Position numbers and translations under genes: made by a program | In this document: positions 12,083 through 24,754 of the stretch, one piece after another | Position numbering within the stretch: the first letter of the stretch is position 1 | How the letters are laid out: each line of letters opens with the position of its first letter | The notes under the pieces: model-generated | The model's database searches: none | What the model was told of the DNA's origin: nothing | Seen by the model: the letters and a program-made list of their open reading frames with translations, nothing else | From: Camelus ferus | Lineage: Eukaryota | Assembly (NCBI RefSeq): GCF_009834535.1 | Contig: NC_045697.1 | Location: forward strand, 18,540,001 to 18,604,000 | Length of the DNA: 64,000 bases | Direction: 5' to 3'

Positions 12083-13151
12083 CCTGGCCCAGACTTGAGG
12101 GTCCTCTACCCAATATCTATTCTCCTCCTTTCTTCTTTCCTAACATAATCCCAACTTTTTGAAGTTACCCACTCTTCTTCCTTAAAGAGGAAGGTTACCA
12201 TGTGGAAACTGGCTCCACGACCAGTCTACTGATGGGCTTGACTGGTGTCGATGTAATCCCTTCCCCTGGCCATTGATTGGCTCAAGAGTGAGCGGCGGAT
12301 GCAATCCAGCTTTGCTAAGGTCTTGTGGGAAAATTCTCTTACATTCCTTAAGGAGAATGTCCAGAAGCAACCTCCTTTTTCTGGACATTGTCATGGTGGG
12401 CATGTTCTGGAACTGTTTCTGTTGTTTTGTTACCAAATTTGAATGAAGCCAAAACACTGAGTAAAACACAGCCAACAGAATCATGAGAAAACAGAGTTGA
12501 AGCCCCTGGAGTTCATCAACCTGAAGGTGTTTTGGCAGAAACTATCCTTCCCACATTTATTCTCCCCAACTTCGATATATTAGAGTCTCTGTTAGAGCTG
12601 GACACATGGCCATCCAGAATAAATACATCATCTCTTTGCAATTTGGTCTGTCCATGTGACTGAGCTCTGGCTGATGGAATATGAGCCGTGACAGTTTCTA
12701 GGAATCTTCCTTACAAGACAGCTGGTTCATGGACATCTTCGTCATTTTTCCTCCCTGCTGCTGGGAGCATGAATACAACGAGGGGAGCTCTGGCCACCAT
12801 CTCAGACTATCACAACAGTGCTTACCCCTTTAGGAAATGACAGAGTAGTAAGCTGGAAGGAGCCTGGAAGAAGATGAAAGTTTCTCCAGATTTTGTTGAG
12901 TACAGTTACGCTAGAAGCCGTGGTCTTCCTATCTCTGACCTTGTATGTGTCGGGGCAAAACAAAGCTCATTTAAGCCACTGTTAGTTTGGTTCTCTGTTT
13001 CTCACAGCCTAACCTAATCTTCACTGGTACATAATGCCTTCTACACTTTGGGCTTCTAATTTGTTTTAACAGACAGTAAATTCTACTTCTTTGATCCAGA
13101 CTGGGTAGAGTTTTCAATTAACCTGCAACCAGAAACATCCTAATTAACACA
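12083..13151 (+). mobile_element. MLT1K-like LTR containing a nested MLT1J-like LTR (~12531-13031)
   Basis: Two LTR starts and two LTR ends (…catttaagccactgttagtttgg…ctggtaca at 13031; …cctgcaaccagaaacatcctaattaacaca at 13151). Confidence 0.7.
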
Positions 13152-14839
13152 TGGAGTGAGGCAGCCTCATCCCCACTTGGCCATGAACCACCCTATAGCT
13201 TTGACACCTCAAAGCATGCAGTGCATTGTTGCCTACACCAGGAGAAGTTTGGCATTGGAGAGGTGGTGCCCAGCAGGAGATGTTATTTCTCAACAGTAAC
13301 CAGGAGATATGATGATGCCTATCAGAAGAGGAAAAATAAAAGAAGAAGATGTACTCTACATGGCAGTCAACATGAGAGCTAAGTGGACTTGCCCGGGAGT
13401 TAATGCAAGACTGAGACTTTCAGAAATATTTGAGTATTCTCTTAACTAGCTAAAACAAGAATTAGTTGGATATGCTTTATCACCCTTAAACCAAGCCCTT
13501 CTAAACCAACAGGTTGGTGAGAACAGAAACACTTGAATGCCACATAGATGAGAAAATAAGCTCAGAAAAGTTAAATAACTCAACCAAGTTCAAGTAACTG
13601 GCCCCACAATTTGAATCAACAGAAAATTCTGATGGAGAGTTATTTTAATGTCATGTTTTTTCCCTGATACTAGTTATTGCTTTTCTCCAAACAAATGCAT
13701 TCTCATTGCCTGCCAAGGATTTTCTAACATTGGATTAGAAACTAAACCATATTTACAGTAACACCCACTGACCCAGGACAACTGAGGATAACCTATCAGA
13801 ATATCGGTACTCAGAAGTTCTAGTCTAAGTACAAGTTCTCGGATTCTATGACCTAATCACTATGCATTTTAAACTATATTTTTGAAACTCAGTCTATATA
13901 ATTTTTAATAATGCACATATTCTTTCATAACCTTAAATAAGAATAAATAAGATTTAATTTAGTATTGGAATTATCCAAATAATTGTCAATGTTGGATAGT
14001 TCAGTTGTTAAAAAATCTTTCCAATTTCAACCAGTTGGCCTCAGCTTTGGAACACGTGTAAATTAGTAAACCTGGCAGAGAGGAAAGACATTTTTCCAAG
14101 GCTCAGCCAGAAAATGTGTCATTTTTTTTTTTCCTGCAGGCTGTTGGCTTACCAGTTGCAAAGGGTGAATCTCAAGAGATTCAGAAGTTTAATTTGAATA
14201 AACAAGCAAAAGTTTGGATACTTATCAAAACTCTAGCAAAACTAGGCCAGAAATAGACCTGATTTTCTAGTGAATTTTCCAGTATTTCCTGTTTCCAGTA
14301 GGACTGGACTATCTGAGGAAGAGTCCACTAATGACTGGAACCAGCTGGACATAACTGGAGAACACTCAAAAAACAAGAGAAAAGATAGTGCATGCTATTT
14401 TGAGCTGCAAGAGAGATGGAGATAATTAAAACATGGTGCTGAAAATAAGTATCTGCTACTTGACTTGTTGCTTCTTTATTTCCCTTGGAAAAAAAATCTG
14501 AAGGATTTTATCTTTTCTGCTTTTGTTACCGTTCCAGAAAAGAGATCTACCTGGTGGACCTCACACTGTCTGTAGTACAGATTGTGAACAAACGTGTGCA
14601 ATGACTTAGTGCCATGGAGGGAAGGGGGCTGTTTATCTACCCTTGGCCATGGCTAAATTACTGTGCGTCAACAAGTTGGAAGAGGCTACAGTGCAATCTA
14701 TGATAAATAATAGTCTGATAATGAGTCATCCTTCCCTGAGCCAAATAGGACCATCCTCAGTCATTCCAAAGAGGTGGGCAATAAATCTGTTTAGAGAAAG
14801 AGATTCTAAAGAGCCATTGAAAAGCAAGGTTAACCCTCT

Positions 14840-15505
14840 GTGCTAAACACAACTGGTCAAAGCACAACATCCCTTCCAGCTTCCTTCTGATGTGCCTGCT
14901 TGTACAGAAGTGATTGCAAAGCTAAACAGTATTTCTCAGGCTTCTTTGCAGCTAGAGTTCTAAATATCATTTGGATTCCACTCATTGGAATCACTAGTGC
15001 AAGACTGAGGTGGCTAGTGGTATGGATGCTACATTCTGCTTCTGCAACTCCTGCAAGCCCACACCCACCATGGCAGAATTGGTGTGGTCCCAGTAAACCC
15101 GTTAGCTCTGTGTGAGTCGCGTGGCAAGATGCAAGCCATCCATTTTGCGAGTATGGATTCTAAAGCCGGCAAGGATCAGGAGCTCGCTGATTACGGCAAG
15201 CTCTTGATGGCGCTGGGGTCCTGACTGTGCGCCCAGATTGTACTGGATTCCTGATCATGGCCACAGGAGCTGCGTCTAGAGTTAGCAGCTACAGCAGCAG
15301 TGTCCAAATCTGCTGAGTAGGTTTCTGATTATGGAAGATTTAGTAGCTAATTTGGTATCCCTGTTCTGGAGTATGGCTTTGAGAGTTTTTCCTGTAAACT
15401 CAAACTTCCCAATAATTCTATAAGCCACCAAACACTCCTTAATAAATCCCTTTATGCTTTAAACTGATCAGAGTGTGTTTGAAACAGCTGAGCCCTAACC
15501 ACTGC
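14840..15505 (+). mobile_element. ERVL LTR, LTR33-like
   Basis: tatttctcaggcttctttgcagctagag and ttaataaatccctttatgctttaaactgatcagagtg motifs. Confidence 0.65.
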
Positions 15506-16744
15506 ACCTCCTCCAGAAGGTACATCTACAGAAATCCCAGCATCGTCCTGGTTTTTGCGCACAGACCTGAGATAACCTGAATGAGAAGTGAGGGTGGAGC
15601 AGAAAACAGAAGGGGTGTTACCAGGAGCTGATTGAGCTAGGAAGATTTTTACCCAGGAGGGCATTTCTGAAGTGATGAGTTGTGGAGAAGAGAGAAAATC
15701 AGAAGCCAGGAAATGGAGCCAAGGTCAGAACAGAAGAGACATTAAATCTGTGTTAAATAGGAGTGGCTAAGATGAAGACAGAGATCAGGGATGAGTTGAA
15801 ATGTCTGTAACAAAGAAGTTGAGAACGTGGACCAAGGAGAGAGATGCAACTCTGGGTGACCCCAAGTTTTTCAGGTTGTTGTGATCAATTGGTCCTTAAG
15901 AATTAGGTAGAAATTGGCTCAGACGCCATTCCTACACATCCTAGTAAATCTGTCATTCCTCCCCACACACCAGACTGCCTCGGAAAGGAGAAGTGACTCG
16001 AGTTTCTTCTAATTCCCTCAGTTCCACATTTCTACTGTTTTCTCCCTCTCTGCTTCCTGTTCCATCCTCCAGAAGAGCTTCTCCATTCCCCAAGGCCCCA
16101 CTTCAAACCCTTCACTGCTCAAAGGGCCATCAGTTCAAGACAGTGTGTAGCCAGCTTCACCCGAGCGCTGGGGTATCGCGTCACAGCTTATCACAGAAAA
16201 CCACAACGTTGGACGAGAGTCCCTTTCTTAAAAATCCTTTCGCCAGTTTAGTCCTCAAAGAATTCTCTTTGGTTCTTTCTTTTACTTGGGTTCCTGTCTC
16301 ACCCTGTCATAATGTCAAGACCTTCTTTTTCCCTCCAGCAAATTCTTATTTATTTCTTCTACTGAGCAGTTTACATTCTTGTCCCCTTCCTCATCCAGCC
16401 TGGCCTGCCCAGATGGCCCTCTCTCCAGGCAAAATGGCCCACTGAGATAGTCTGTCTCCTAAAAGGTCCTCTACCACTAGCTCTTAAATCAGGGTAGAGA
16501 ATGGATGTGAAGACATAGCAGAGAGGGTTTATATGAAGCACAGTCCCAGAGGAGAGGTGAGAGATGGCGTCCAGGCTCAGATGGGAGGGCGGATTCACCT
16601 TGAACTCCTCTCAATGAGGTGGAGGAAAGCAGGCAAGGGCAGAGGAGGCAGAAGGAGGAAGATTGTTCCTGCTCTTACTTCTGGAAGGTGAGGAAACTGG
16701 CAGGCAGGGCTTTTTCCCTTTTAACTCAGCCTTGGTGCATCCCA

Positions 16745-16990
16745 TGGTGGTAGAACACGGTGGTTAAGAGTCTGCTCTGCAGCACCAGGCTGCCTGAACA
16801 TAAACCCTTGCCCCACGACCCACCAGCTCTATAGTTCTCAGGCAAGTTTGCCTGACCTTTTGCATCTGTGAGATGAGGGTGCCAACAGCACGCACCTTGC
16901 AGAGCTGATGGGGGTATTCCACGGGAAAGTGTCTGAAGTGCACGGAACAGTGGCTGAAATATCTTCGGTGCTCAGTAAAAGCCAGCTGCT
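16745..16990 (+). mobile_element. MIR SINE
   Basis: gtggttaagag...catctgtgagatgagg...aacagtggctg layout. Confidence 0.7.
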
Positions 16991-19169
16991 TCTGTGCTAA
17001 CAGAAGTGCCCTCTTAAAGGAACCGGCGTGGCGTGGACACAGCTAAGGCCCGGCGCATTCAGTTGGGCAGTAGAGGAAGGCTAAGGGATGCCAGCCTCTA
17101 GCCTTCAGACTCTTCTCATGAGAGTCAGACACCAGTCCCGGCAGCTCTAAGCTCCAGGAGACTCTTACCCATCTCTGCAAGCAGCTTCCCAGCAGCCCTT
17201 CTCACTCAGCTTACGGTGAAGGGAAGGCACTCCTTTCCTTACCCCTATGTAGTGGGGACAGAAATGCCCAGAACCCCACAAAGCACCCCATGGAATTCTT
17301 TTTGTCCACTGGCCTCCTCACCTCTTTCTTTTCTTCCATAAACCCAGGCAGGGTGCTTGGGCCAAAGCTGGCAGAAGGTGCTTTGTCATTTCTTATTATG
17401 TTGTATATGGAGGTCTAGCCCCTTCCTGCAGACAAGGTGGCACTGAGCACTTATTTTACTGTTCTCAGCTTTTGAATCTTCTGAAAAACACTCTAGGATA
17501 GAGAGACTCCCTTTTGAGCATCCTGTTAAAAATAAATAGGCACCACGAATTGAATTTTTCCACATAAAACCATACCAAAGTCAGCATTTAGTTCCAAGAT
17601 TGCAAATTTTCATCAGGTTCTCATTCAATAATATTAACCAAGCCAACATTTCCTATTTGTGCTATCAGCACTGAAAACACACATCCACTCATGTTGACAG
17701 CCTCTAATGGCCTGACTCCTGTGGCGGCATCAACAGGTTGCACTGAGCTGACAGGCTGTCAAACCCATCAGTGGACAAGGATGCTGTCAGAAGACGGGTC
17801 CATCAATGCTGCCTGCAGCTTGTGCTTATTATATGGAATGTCAGGTATGCTATGAAAAGCTGGGAAAAGAAAACTTTACCCGTTCTTGATCTGTATGTAA
17901 GCCAGTTTCTCGGGGAGTACCAGCCTGAGGGGAAGAGGTTCACATACTATTTCTGTCATTTTTTTCCAGCCTGCTATTGCAGGACACTTAGCTTTCTCCA
18001 TCTTCAAAGTCCCCCCAAACAGTTCCTGGGGGGTCCCTTGGAGGTATGTGGTGTGTACTCACGAGACTGTCCTCTCAGCTACCCTGGGTGTACCATTTTT
18101 TTCCCTTCTGTAGCCCTTGATTCCTAGAAAGAATGGCAGCAGAAGCTTCTCATGCCCACGAAGGTGCATCAAACAAATGGCAAAGGTATGGTCAAACCAC
18201 TCAGGGTTCCATAAAGCCGCTCACTGTATGCCTGACCTGCTATTGCCAGTGCCACCCCTTCCCTGTGGCCACCGCCACTGGAGTCACAGGCTTCCAGAGT
18301 TGCCCCAAACAGCCCAAAGTGGCACCAAAGCACTGCGCCTTGTCTGTCACTAGGAAGAACCCTCTGCCCCTCCTGCGGGCGCACTCTGCAGTGTGGGTCC
18401 CCATGGTGATGTGACTTGGGCTTCCAAGTCTCACGTGGATTCTCTTGAATAGACTTGTGGTGCCCCGTGGCTGAACCAGAGGGAAATCTGAGAAGCAGGC
18501 TGCTAGATTCTGACTCCAGGACACCTGCTGTGGACCACTTGTAGGACCTGGGTTCTCTGAGGATGAGTTCTGTCCCAGGACATGCCAGGAGGAAGGCTTA
18601 CCAAGGTGCACTTGTATAAGCCCAGGCCTGGGTGCACCCTGTGCTGAAAATAGCTTCAATTCTAAGTAAAACCCTGGTCTCCCATAGACTGAACGCCACA
18701 GCCATTTTTTTTTCCCCCAGAGGAAAAGCCATATTTGAGGAAAAATCAAATAGTCAAAATTAACTATTGACTTTGTAACACCCACTAAATGTTAATTGAG
18801 GCAGAGAAGTTGACTTCTTGAAGCAGAGGACTGTTAACCCTGCTCTACAGAGCAAAGTGGTCTTCCAAAATGAAGGGAGCCATCGGTTACCTTCAGCCCT
18901 AGACACCCCTGCCCCATGTAACTCCACATCCTCTCAAATGTCTGCAGTGATCACAAAGCAGTGTATGCAGATCCTTGTAGCCCAGCCATCCTGCTCTGGT
19001 CTTTCTGGACCCAAACAGCTCACTTTACCTCCCTACGAGTCCCCAGATTCTGACCATCTTCCCGAGTGTGATCTGAACTCTCCCTATACCTAACAAGACC
19101 AGGCCTCTCTACCTCATATAGGATGCAATACACATATACATAATATGAAATATTACAGCCCATGTTGGC

Positions 19170-19800
19170 CAAGTTGGGAAAAGATAACTCAATTCAACAT
19201 TGCACACATGTACTGACCACCTGCCAGATGACAAGTATGAAATAATGGGGATGAATCAGACCGACTTCAGAGTTTACCATCTATTCCAGAAGGGTGGTGT
19301 AGAATAAAAGACAGTGGGCACAGATCCTGGAGAGAAAGGTGTGCTCTTCCACTTAATTAACTTTGTAACCCTTAGACAAAAGAATTAACTTTTCTGTATA
19401 TGTTTACTCATCCCTAAAATGGAGATTAGAAGATATCTGGTGCTTGGTGTTGCTATGAAGAGGTAACAAGTCAGAAACATAATAGCAGCCAGAAAAGCAC
19501 CCAGCGCTACCAGCATTTATAATAATTATTAGGGAACACAGGCATGGACATAACTGCCTCTGATATTGTAAAATAAACTATTTAGTAGTGCAGTGAAAGC
19601 ACAAACAACTATACACAGTTCTAGATCCTTACTTGAGGCAGATCTGTGTCCATAGCTAAGATTTAAATACACTTTCATCCATGGATGTTTACTGATACCC
19701 TACAACGTGCCACACACTGCACAGACCTGGAAGACAGAGTGACCAGCAGGGCTAATAAGGACTCAGCCCTGCCCTGAAAACACTGACAGTTTAGCGGCTA
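19170..19800. mobile_element. L2 3'-end fragments with an intervening MIR (~19290-19530)
   Basis: tactgaccacct and atgtttactgatacccta (L2 ends); ctcatccctaaaatggagat (MIR core). Confidence 0.55.
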
Positions 19801-20499
19801 GAAGGGTCTGGAGCATTAGAGTTATGGGTCTACCAGATGTTCATTTGTGTGAAGACCTGAGAAACTGTTTTTGAAAAAAGTTTATCTTTCAACATTAATC
19901 ATCCACAAAGTGGGGCATAGGTTATTGGTCTTATCCATGGTTTGGTTAGTCTCCAGTCAGCTGTGGCCAAGTGGGCAGGGCCATATGATGTAAAACACGG
20001 CTGCCACCTCCTCCCTAGGGCGGCAGGTGGTGCGCCCCTCCAGAAACTGTGCAGACTGGGTCCACAGGCTGACGTTTAGCACCGACAGGCAGGGGTGGAA
20101 GAGCGGGCAGGGTTGCAGGGTGAGGTGGCCAAGGCACAGAGAACAGAGAGGTAATTCACGCCAGCCCAAATGCAAGACAAGAGATGGGACAATCTATTGG
20201 TCCACTTTTGTAACACTGAGTCTCTGACCTCTTTGTGTCCACTAATTGCCACTGTTACATGGGTTGATTCATGTGTTTTACCTTAAGGAAAGGTCAAAAT
20301 AAGCTCATAACCTTACTCATCTTCCAAAATTTCCTTTAAAACTCCCAACTCCCAAGAAAAAGGTACTTCTTTGACTAATTTCTATACACAGTACTACCAC
20401 ACTTCCTGTCACCCACTCCTGAAACCTTGACCCTCCTTGACATCACTGTTTTTCTTGCCCCTTCCCTTTCATTACGTCAATTGCCAATGACTTTGGGAG

Positions 20500-21290
20500 G
20501 CAATCAAGAGTAGTCCAAAAAGCATGACTTTTGGAATCTTCCACACTTGAGTACAAATCCTAGCTCTATTATGCACCAACAAGAGATCTTTAAGAAGTCA
20601 CTGCACTGATCTGAGTCTCAATCTTTTGATTTGTAAAATAAGACAAAGAATACCTACCTTATACTATCTTCATTGGATTAAATAAAATATCATAAGGAAA
20701 GCCCTTCGCACAGGCTGCAAATAGTAAACTCTGTCACCAGAAGTTCTTATTTGCTACCTCTGACAGGTATTTCACATCGCTTGCCTCACCTTGTTTTCTC
20801 TGACACACCCTCGTGTGACAATAATAACCTTCTTGTCTTCCATTGTTTCCCACCACCAATCTATTATATACATAGCTGTCAGAAGATTTTTCCTAAAAAC
20901 AACTCCAATCCCTTCACTTCCTGGATTGGAAATCTTTAGTGACTCCTCCAATGTCAACCCAATAAATAAATTTCAGACTCTCCAACTTGGCATTTGAATT
21001 TCTCAGATTTAGCTCCCCTGGCTCCCTCCCAAGAAAGACTCTGACCAACTCAAACGGGATGTATCATCAACTTCCCCCTAACTTTTCATGCCTGTCCTTT
21101 CTTTACACTGTTCTTCCTGCTTAGAATGCCCTGTCCTCTTCATTCCTTTGTATCAAAATTCTATCCTTCCTTTAATGCTCTGTTTTACTTTTTCCCCTGA
21201 CCCATGAAGCCTTCCTGAATCACCAGTTTTAAATCAATGTTCTGTCTGAGTTTCCAAAGAACATTGAAGCACCTCACATAATATAGGTCA
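20500..21290 (+). mobile_element. MIR (~20500-20740) followed by an L2 fragment
   Basis: aaatcctagctct...atttgtaaaata...tacctacc; ctgttcttcctgcttagaatgccct...tgaagccttcctga. Confidence 0.65.
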
Positions 21291-21299
21291 CCTTCTGTA

Positions 21300-21992
21300 T
21301 TAAGGTGGTATTATCAGTGTAACAGCCTCAAACGTTTTGTGTTCTGAAGAAGAGACTAATAGATATATTCAAGTACTGGACATGGTATGAAGACTTGAAA
21401 TGCCTGAGAGTTACATAGGCCTTTTTCTTCATAGCTTATATATATAAAATACCATGTTTTGGATGCTAAGATCCAACCACCCTGGCTACAAATGATTGAA
21501 TAGGGCTTGATGCCTGAGCCAAAGCCATCTGTTTTACAGACAGGTTCTCCTTCTAGGAAAGTTTGAATTTGAGCCACACAGAGAAAGAGAATAGTTGGAA
21601 GAGCTAGGCTTTGAGAGAACCTAAAAAGCTGCAAGAGATGCCAGTACGCTGGCATCGCTGGGCAGAGGTTCTGAGTGCTCAAGAGGCATGAAGTCGAGCA
21701 GAAAGCCGAGGAAGCGAGGAGTCAGCAGGAGTAGTAGATGCAGACTCAGTCCGGTGGAAGCAACGAAAGGAAAGCTGAGTCACCAGAGAGATGAACCACT
21801 AGGCTGCTGCCAGGACCTGGACTGGAGTGATGTTCTGCACAACCTTCCAGATCTCCCCTGGGGGGGCTCTTCAGCTGATGCTGACTTTCTATGTTTTCTC
21901 ACGAGCCCAACACCCCTACAGCAAACCCCATCACCTTGGGCAACTGAGTAAACATTTGTTCTCGGCAGTGTAGAAGAGCCTCCCATAGTACA
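21300..21992 (+). mobile_element. probable ancient LTR (family not identified)
   Basis: 3' end architecture ...ctacagcaaaccccatcacc...ttgttctcggcagtgtagaagagcct...aca resembles old ERVL/Gypsy-type LTR ends. Confidence 0.35.
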
Positions 21993-22829
21993 CGAGACAT
22001 GAAACAGTTCTCTCGGTGCCTCTGTTTTTCTTTGGAGACAGATTTAGTCCTCTCTGTCTTGCTGCAGAGCACTTTAGTGAAATGCATAAACGCCTATGGC
22101 CTTTTATACTGTTCAAACAGTAAATGTCTTAAGTTTTGAGACCTGACTGCGTTTATCCTGACCTTGGCATCTTATTGCTTAATGTCATTTTGTTTGAAAA
22201 TTCTGTCTCAGTCCTTTGTCTCCTAATGTCCATATGTCAGCTTCTTAACCTGATGGGTTACTCAAGACTGTTATCACAGTTTTACACGTGAGGTAGTCAG
22301 GGCACGGACAGACTGAAGTCTGACAAAGGTACTGCGGTTTAGAAGCAAGAATATCACTTAGAATTCCTGAGATACTTAGCTCTTATTCTCGCTTAGTCCC
22401 TGTATGATCAGGCTGAGGTGAATGAACATGAATTTTAAAAAAAGAAGAAGAAAAGAAAAAAAAAACTACCATCTTCAAAAGTGGGTAGTAACTGAAGCAG
22501 CAATTTAACAAAATGATTGACTTCCTCCTGGGAGACCTCTCAAAACCTCCAGAAAATGATAGATTTCAAGCACTTACCTAAAGCATCAAGCTCCGTGGGC
22601 ACAAGCAAAGATTTAATCTGATAATGTCATGGATCTGAAGCCAGTTGGCTGCCCTGCTTTTTCACCTCTGAATTTTACTTCATCAACAAATTTTCTCTTG
22701 CCAGTGCTCCTCTGTGGGCTGTCAATAACTTAAAAGCCAAATTGGCAGAGACAGGTTTGTGCTCAAATAACCGAAGGCCCAGAATAAAACCAACTGGCAG
22801 AAAAGGGAATTAACCCTCAAAACAAGCAT

Positions 22830-22980
22830 CAGGGATCAATCTCATCATCCCCATTTTAGAGAAGGTTAAAGTGAGTCTCAAAGATGCTAAATAAGTTGTC
22901 ATGACCATCCAAGAAGCAGAAGGTCAGAGCTTCAAATCCACATCATCCAACTCCTTATACCAGCCTTTATCTCCTACTGC
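22830..22980 (-). mobile_element. MIR SINE
   Basis: catccccattttagagaagg...aaataagttgtcatgaccatc core. Confidence 0.7.
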
Positions 22981-23329
22981 AAGATTCCACCTTTTACATC
23001 CTGCTATTTGGAGAAAGCTGGTTGTTGCCTACATTTCAGTTTTCAACCAGATATTGAAATTCTGCAAACTACAGTCTTGGCTAAAATTAATTCTAAAAAT
23101 AAAAGAATTATTCAGAGTTCACATAGACATTGTGATGCACTGAGCTTGGCCTAGTAATTTTAAAGATTATCAATTAGCATCCAAATCAGACAACAGAGCT
23201 GCACATTGCCCTTTGAATAAATGTAACGTCACACACCTAGAAGCAATCAAGACTACATACAAGATCCCTAAGTTGCCTGCCATGAACAGCCACTGTTTCA
23301 TTGTTTTTATCTCCTGGGCTTTCTTTTTC

Positions 23330-23717
23330 CGTTTTCCTTTTTGAGATAAGAAAAACCACTCTTTCCTGACAGAAATCCATTCTATTGTTGACCTTAAGCC
23401 TCCTCATCTGGCTAATCAAATCACTCCCTTCTTCTGGACATGCTGACTGGTTCAGGCATAAACACTGACTCAAGTAAGGCCAATCAGAACTGGCTCTGAA
23501 GTCTGCTATGTAGACATACTGATGGACTATTAGCCAGAAGGATAGCCTTCAGGCTCCAGCCTTCTAGCAGCCATGTCTTCTGAACACAAAGGGCCCACTT
23601 AAACAGATTATTATAGATAACCAGAGCCAAGAGATGGAGAGGAAGAGAGAGCCAATAAATTATCCCCATTAAGTCAGATTTTGGCTACAAGCAATCAAAA
23701 TTATCCTACCAGATACA
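23330..23717 (+). mobile_element. MLT1K-like LTR fragment
   Basis: gactggttcaggcat...ggccaatcaga; ends tcctaccagataca. Confidence 0.55.
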
Positions 23718-23970
23718 CCACCGGATCCAGAATTTTTGTAAGGGCTGGCGAGTGGCTCAAATATTTCTGACAGGAAAGAGAGAGACAATAAAAACCTGGA
23801 TATTGCAGGCTCATATAGGGTGGAGTCTAGAGTAAATTCACTCATTTCATGCAGAGATGTTTTTGGAGAAGGATTGAGTAATCAAATGAGCGAAGCAAAA
23901 GGAGACAGTAAAATATCCTGAGGTAACCATCCTTAATATCTTAGTATACATATGAATCGATAGGATACAG

Positions 23971-24174
23971 CAGGGGCTGTCCAGCTTTTGCTATAAAGGT
24001 CCAAAGAGTGAATATTTTAAGCTTTGTGAACAGTATAGTCTCCATTGCACCCTGCCATTGTAGCCATAGATGACACTAAAATGAATGGGGATGGCTGTGT
24101 TAAAATAAAACTTTATGTATGAAAGTAAGTTGTGGGCCAGATTTGCCCTGCAAACCGTAGTTTCCTGAACCCTG
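23971..24174 (+). mobile_element. MER58A-like hAT-Charlie DNA transposon with perfect 8-bp TSD
   Basis: CAGGGG...CCCTG termini; TSD ggatacag at 23963-23970 and 24175-24182; atggctgtgttaaaataaaactttat motif. Confidence 0.9.
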
Positions 24175-24612
24175 GGATACAGGATCAGCTGCTCTAACAA
24201 AAACCCAAAATGATAGTGACAACAATAAACTAGAAAAGCACTCTTCTCTCAGGAACACTTTGAGCATAAACAATTCAGAGCCGCTATGGCAACTATAATG
24301 TCAGAGACCTGAACCCCTTCTATCTTGTTACTCTGCCACCCCTCGGATGTCACCCTCATATACATTGTCTGAGATGACTTACGACCACATCCATGATCCA
24401 GCCAGCAGGAAGGAAAGAGGAAGGAGAGGAAAATGGAAAAGGAAAGCACATTCCTTCCCTTTAAGGGTGCCAGGAAGAAATTGCAGACATAACTCCCACT
24501 CATACCTCATTGGCCAGAACTTAGTCCCATGACCACATCCAACAGCAAAGGAGGCTATATTCTGTGGAATCTAAATCTAGAGTTTGTTTGTTTTTACTTT
24601 AGAAAAGAGGGA

Positions 24613-24754
24613 GGGGAGGGTACATATAGCTCAGTGGTAGAGTGTGTGCTTAGCATGCACGAGGTCCTGGGTTCAATCCCTGGTACATTCATTAAATAAA
24701 ATAAAATAATAAATAAACAAATAAATAAACCCCCCCAAAAACAAAAATAACAAC
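24613..24754 (+). mobile_element. tRNA-Ala-derived camelid SINE (Vic-1 type)
   Basis: tagctcagtggtagag (A box), ttagcatgcacgaggtcctgggttcaatccc (B box), A-rich tail, TSD agaaaagaggga(g) starting at 24601 and 24755. Confidence 0.9.

Noticed and set aside
14121..14202. Strong-looking splice acceptor (T11 cctgcag) followed by AATAAA
   Set aside because: No partner exon, ORF or transcript evidence; such motifs occur by chance.
20020..20033. CTCF-like motif gcggcaggtggtgc
   Set aside because: Two mismatches to the core consensus; not distinguishable from chance without ChIP data.
21637..21656. Perfect 8-bp hairpin gatgccag-tacg-ctggcatc
   Set aside because: About one such stem per loop length is expected by chance in 64 kb; no supporting context.
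24613..24690. tRNA-Ala(AGC) gene
   Set aside because: It has an A-rich tail, a TSD and substitutions in the acceptor stem, so it is a SINE. The same applies to the copies near 54966 and 63275.
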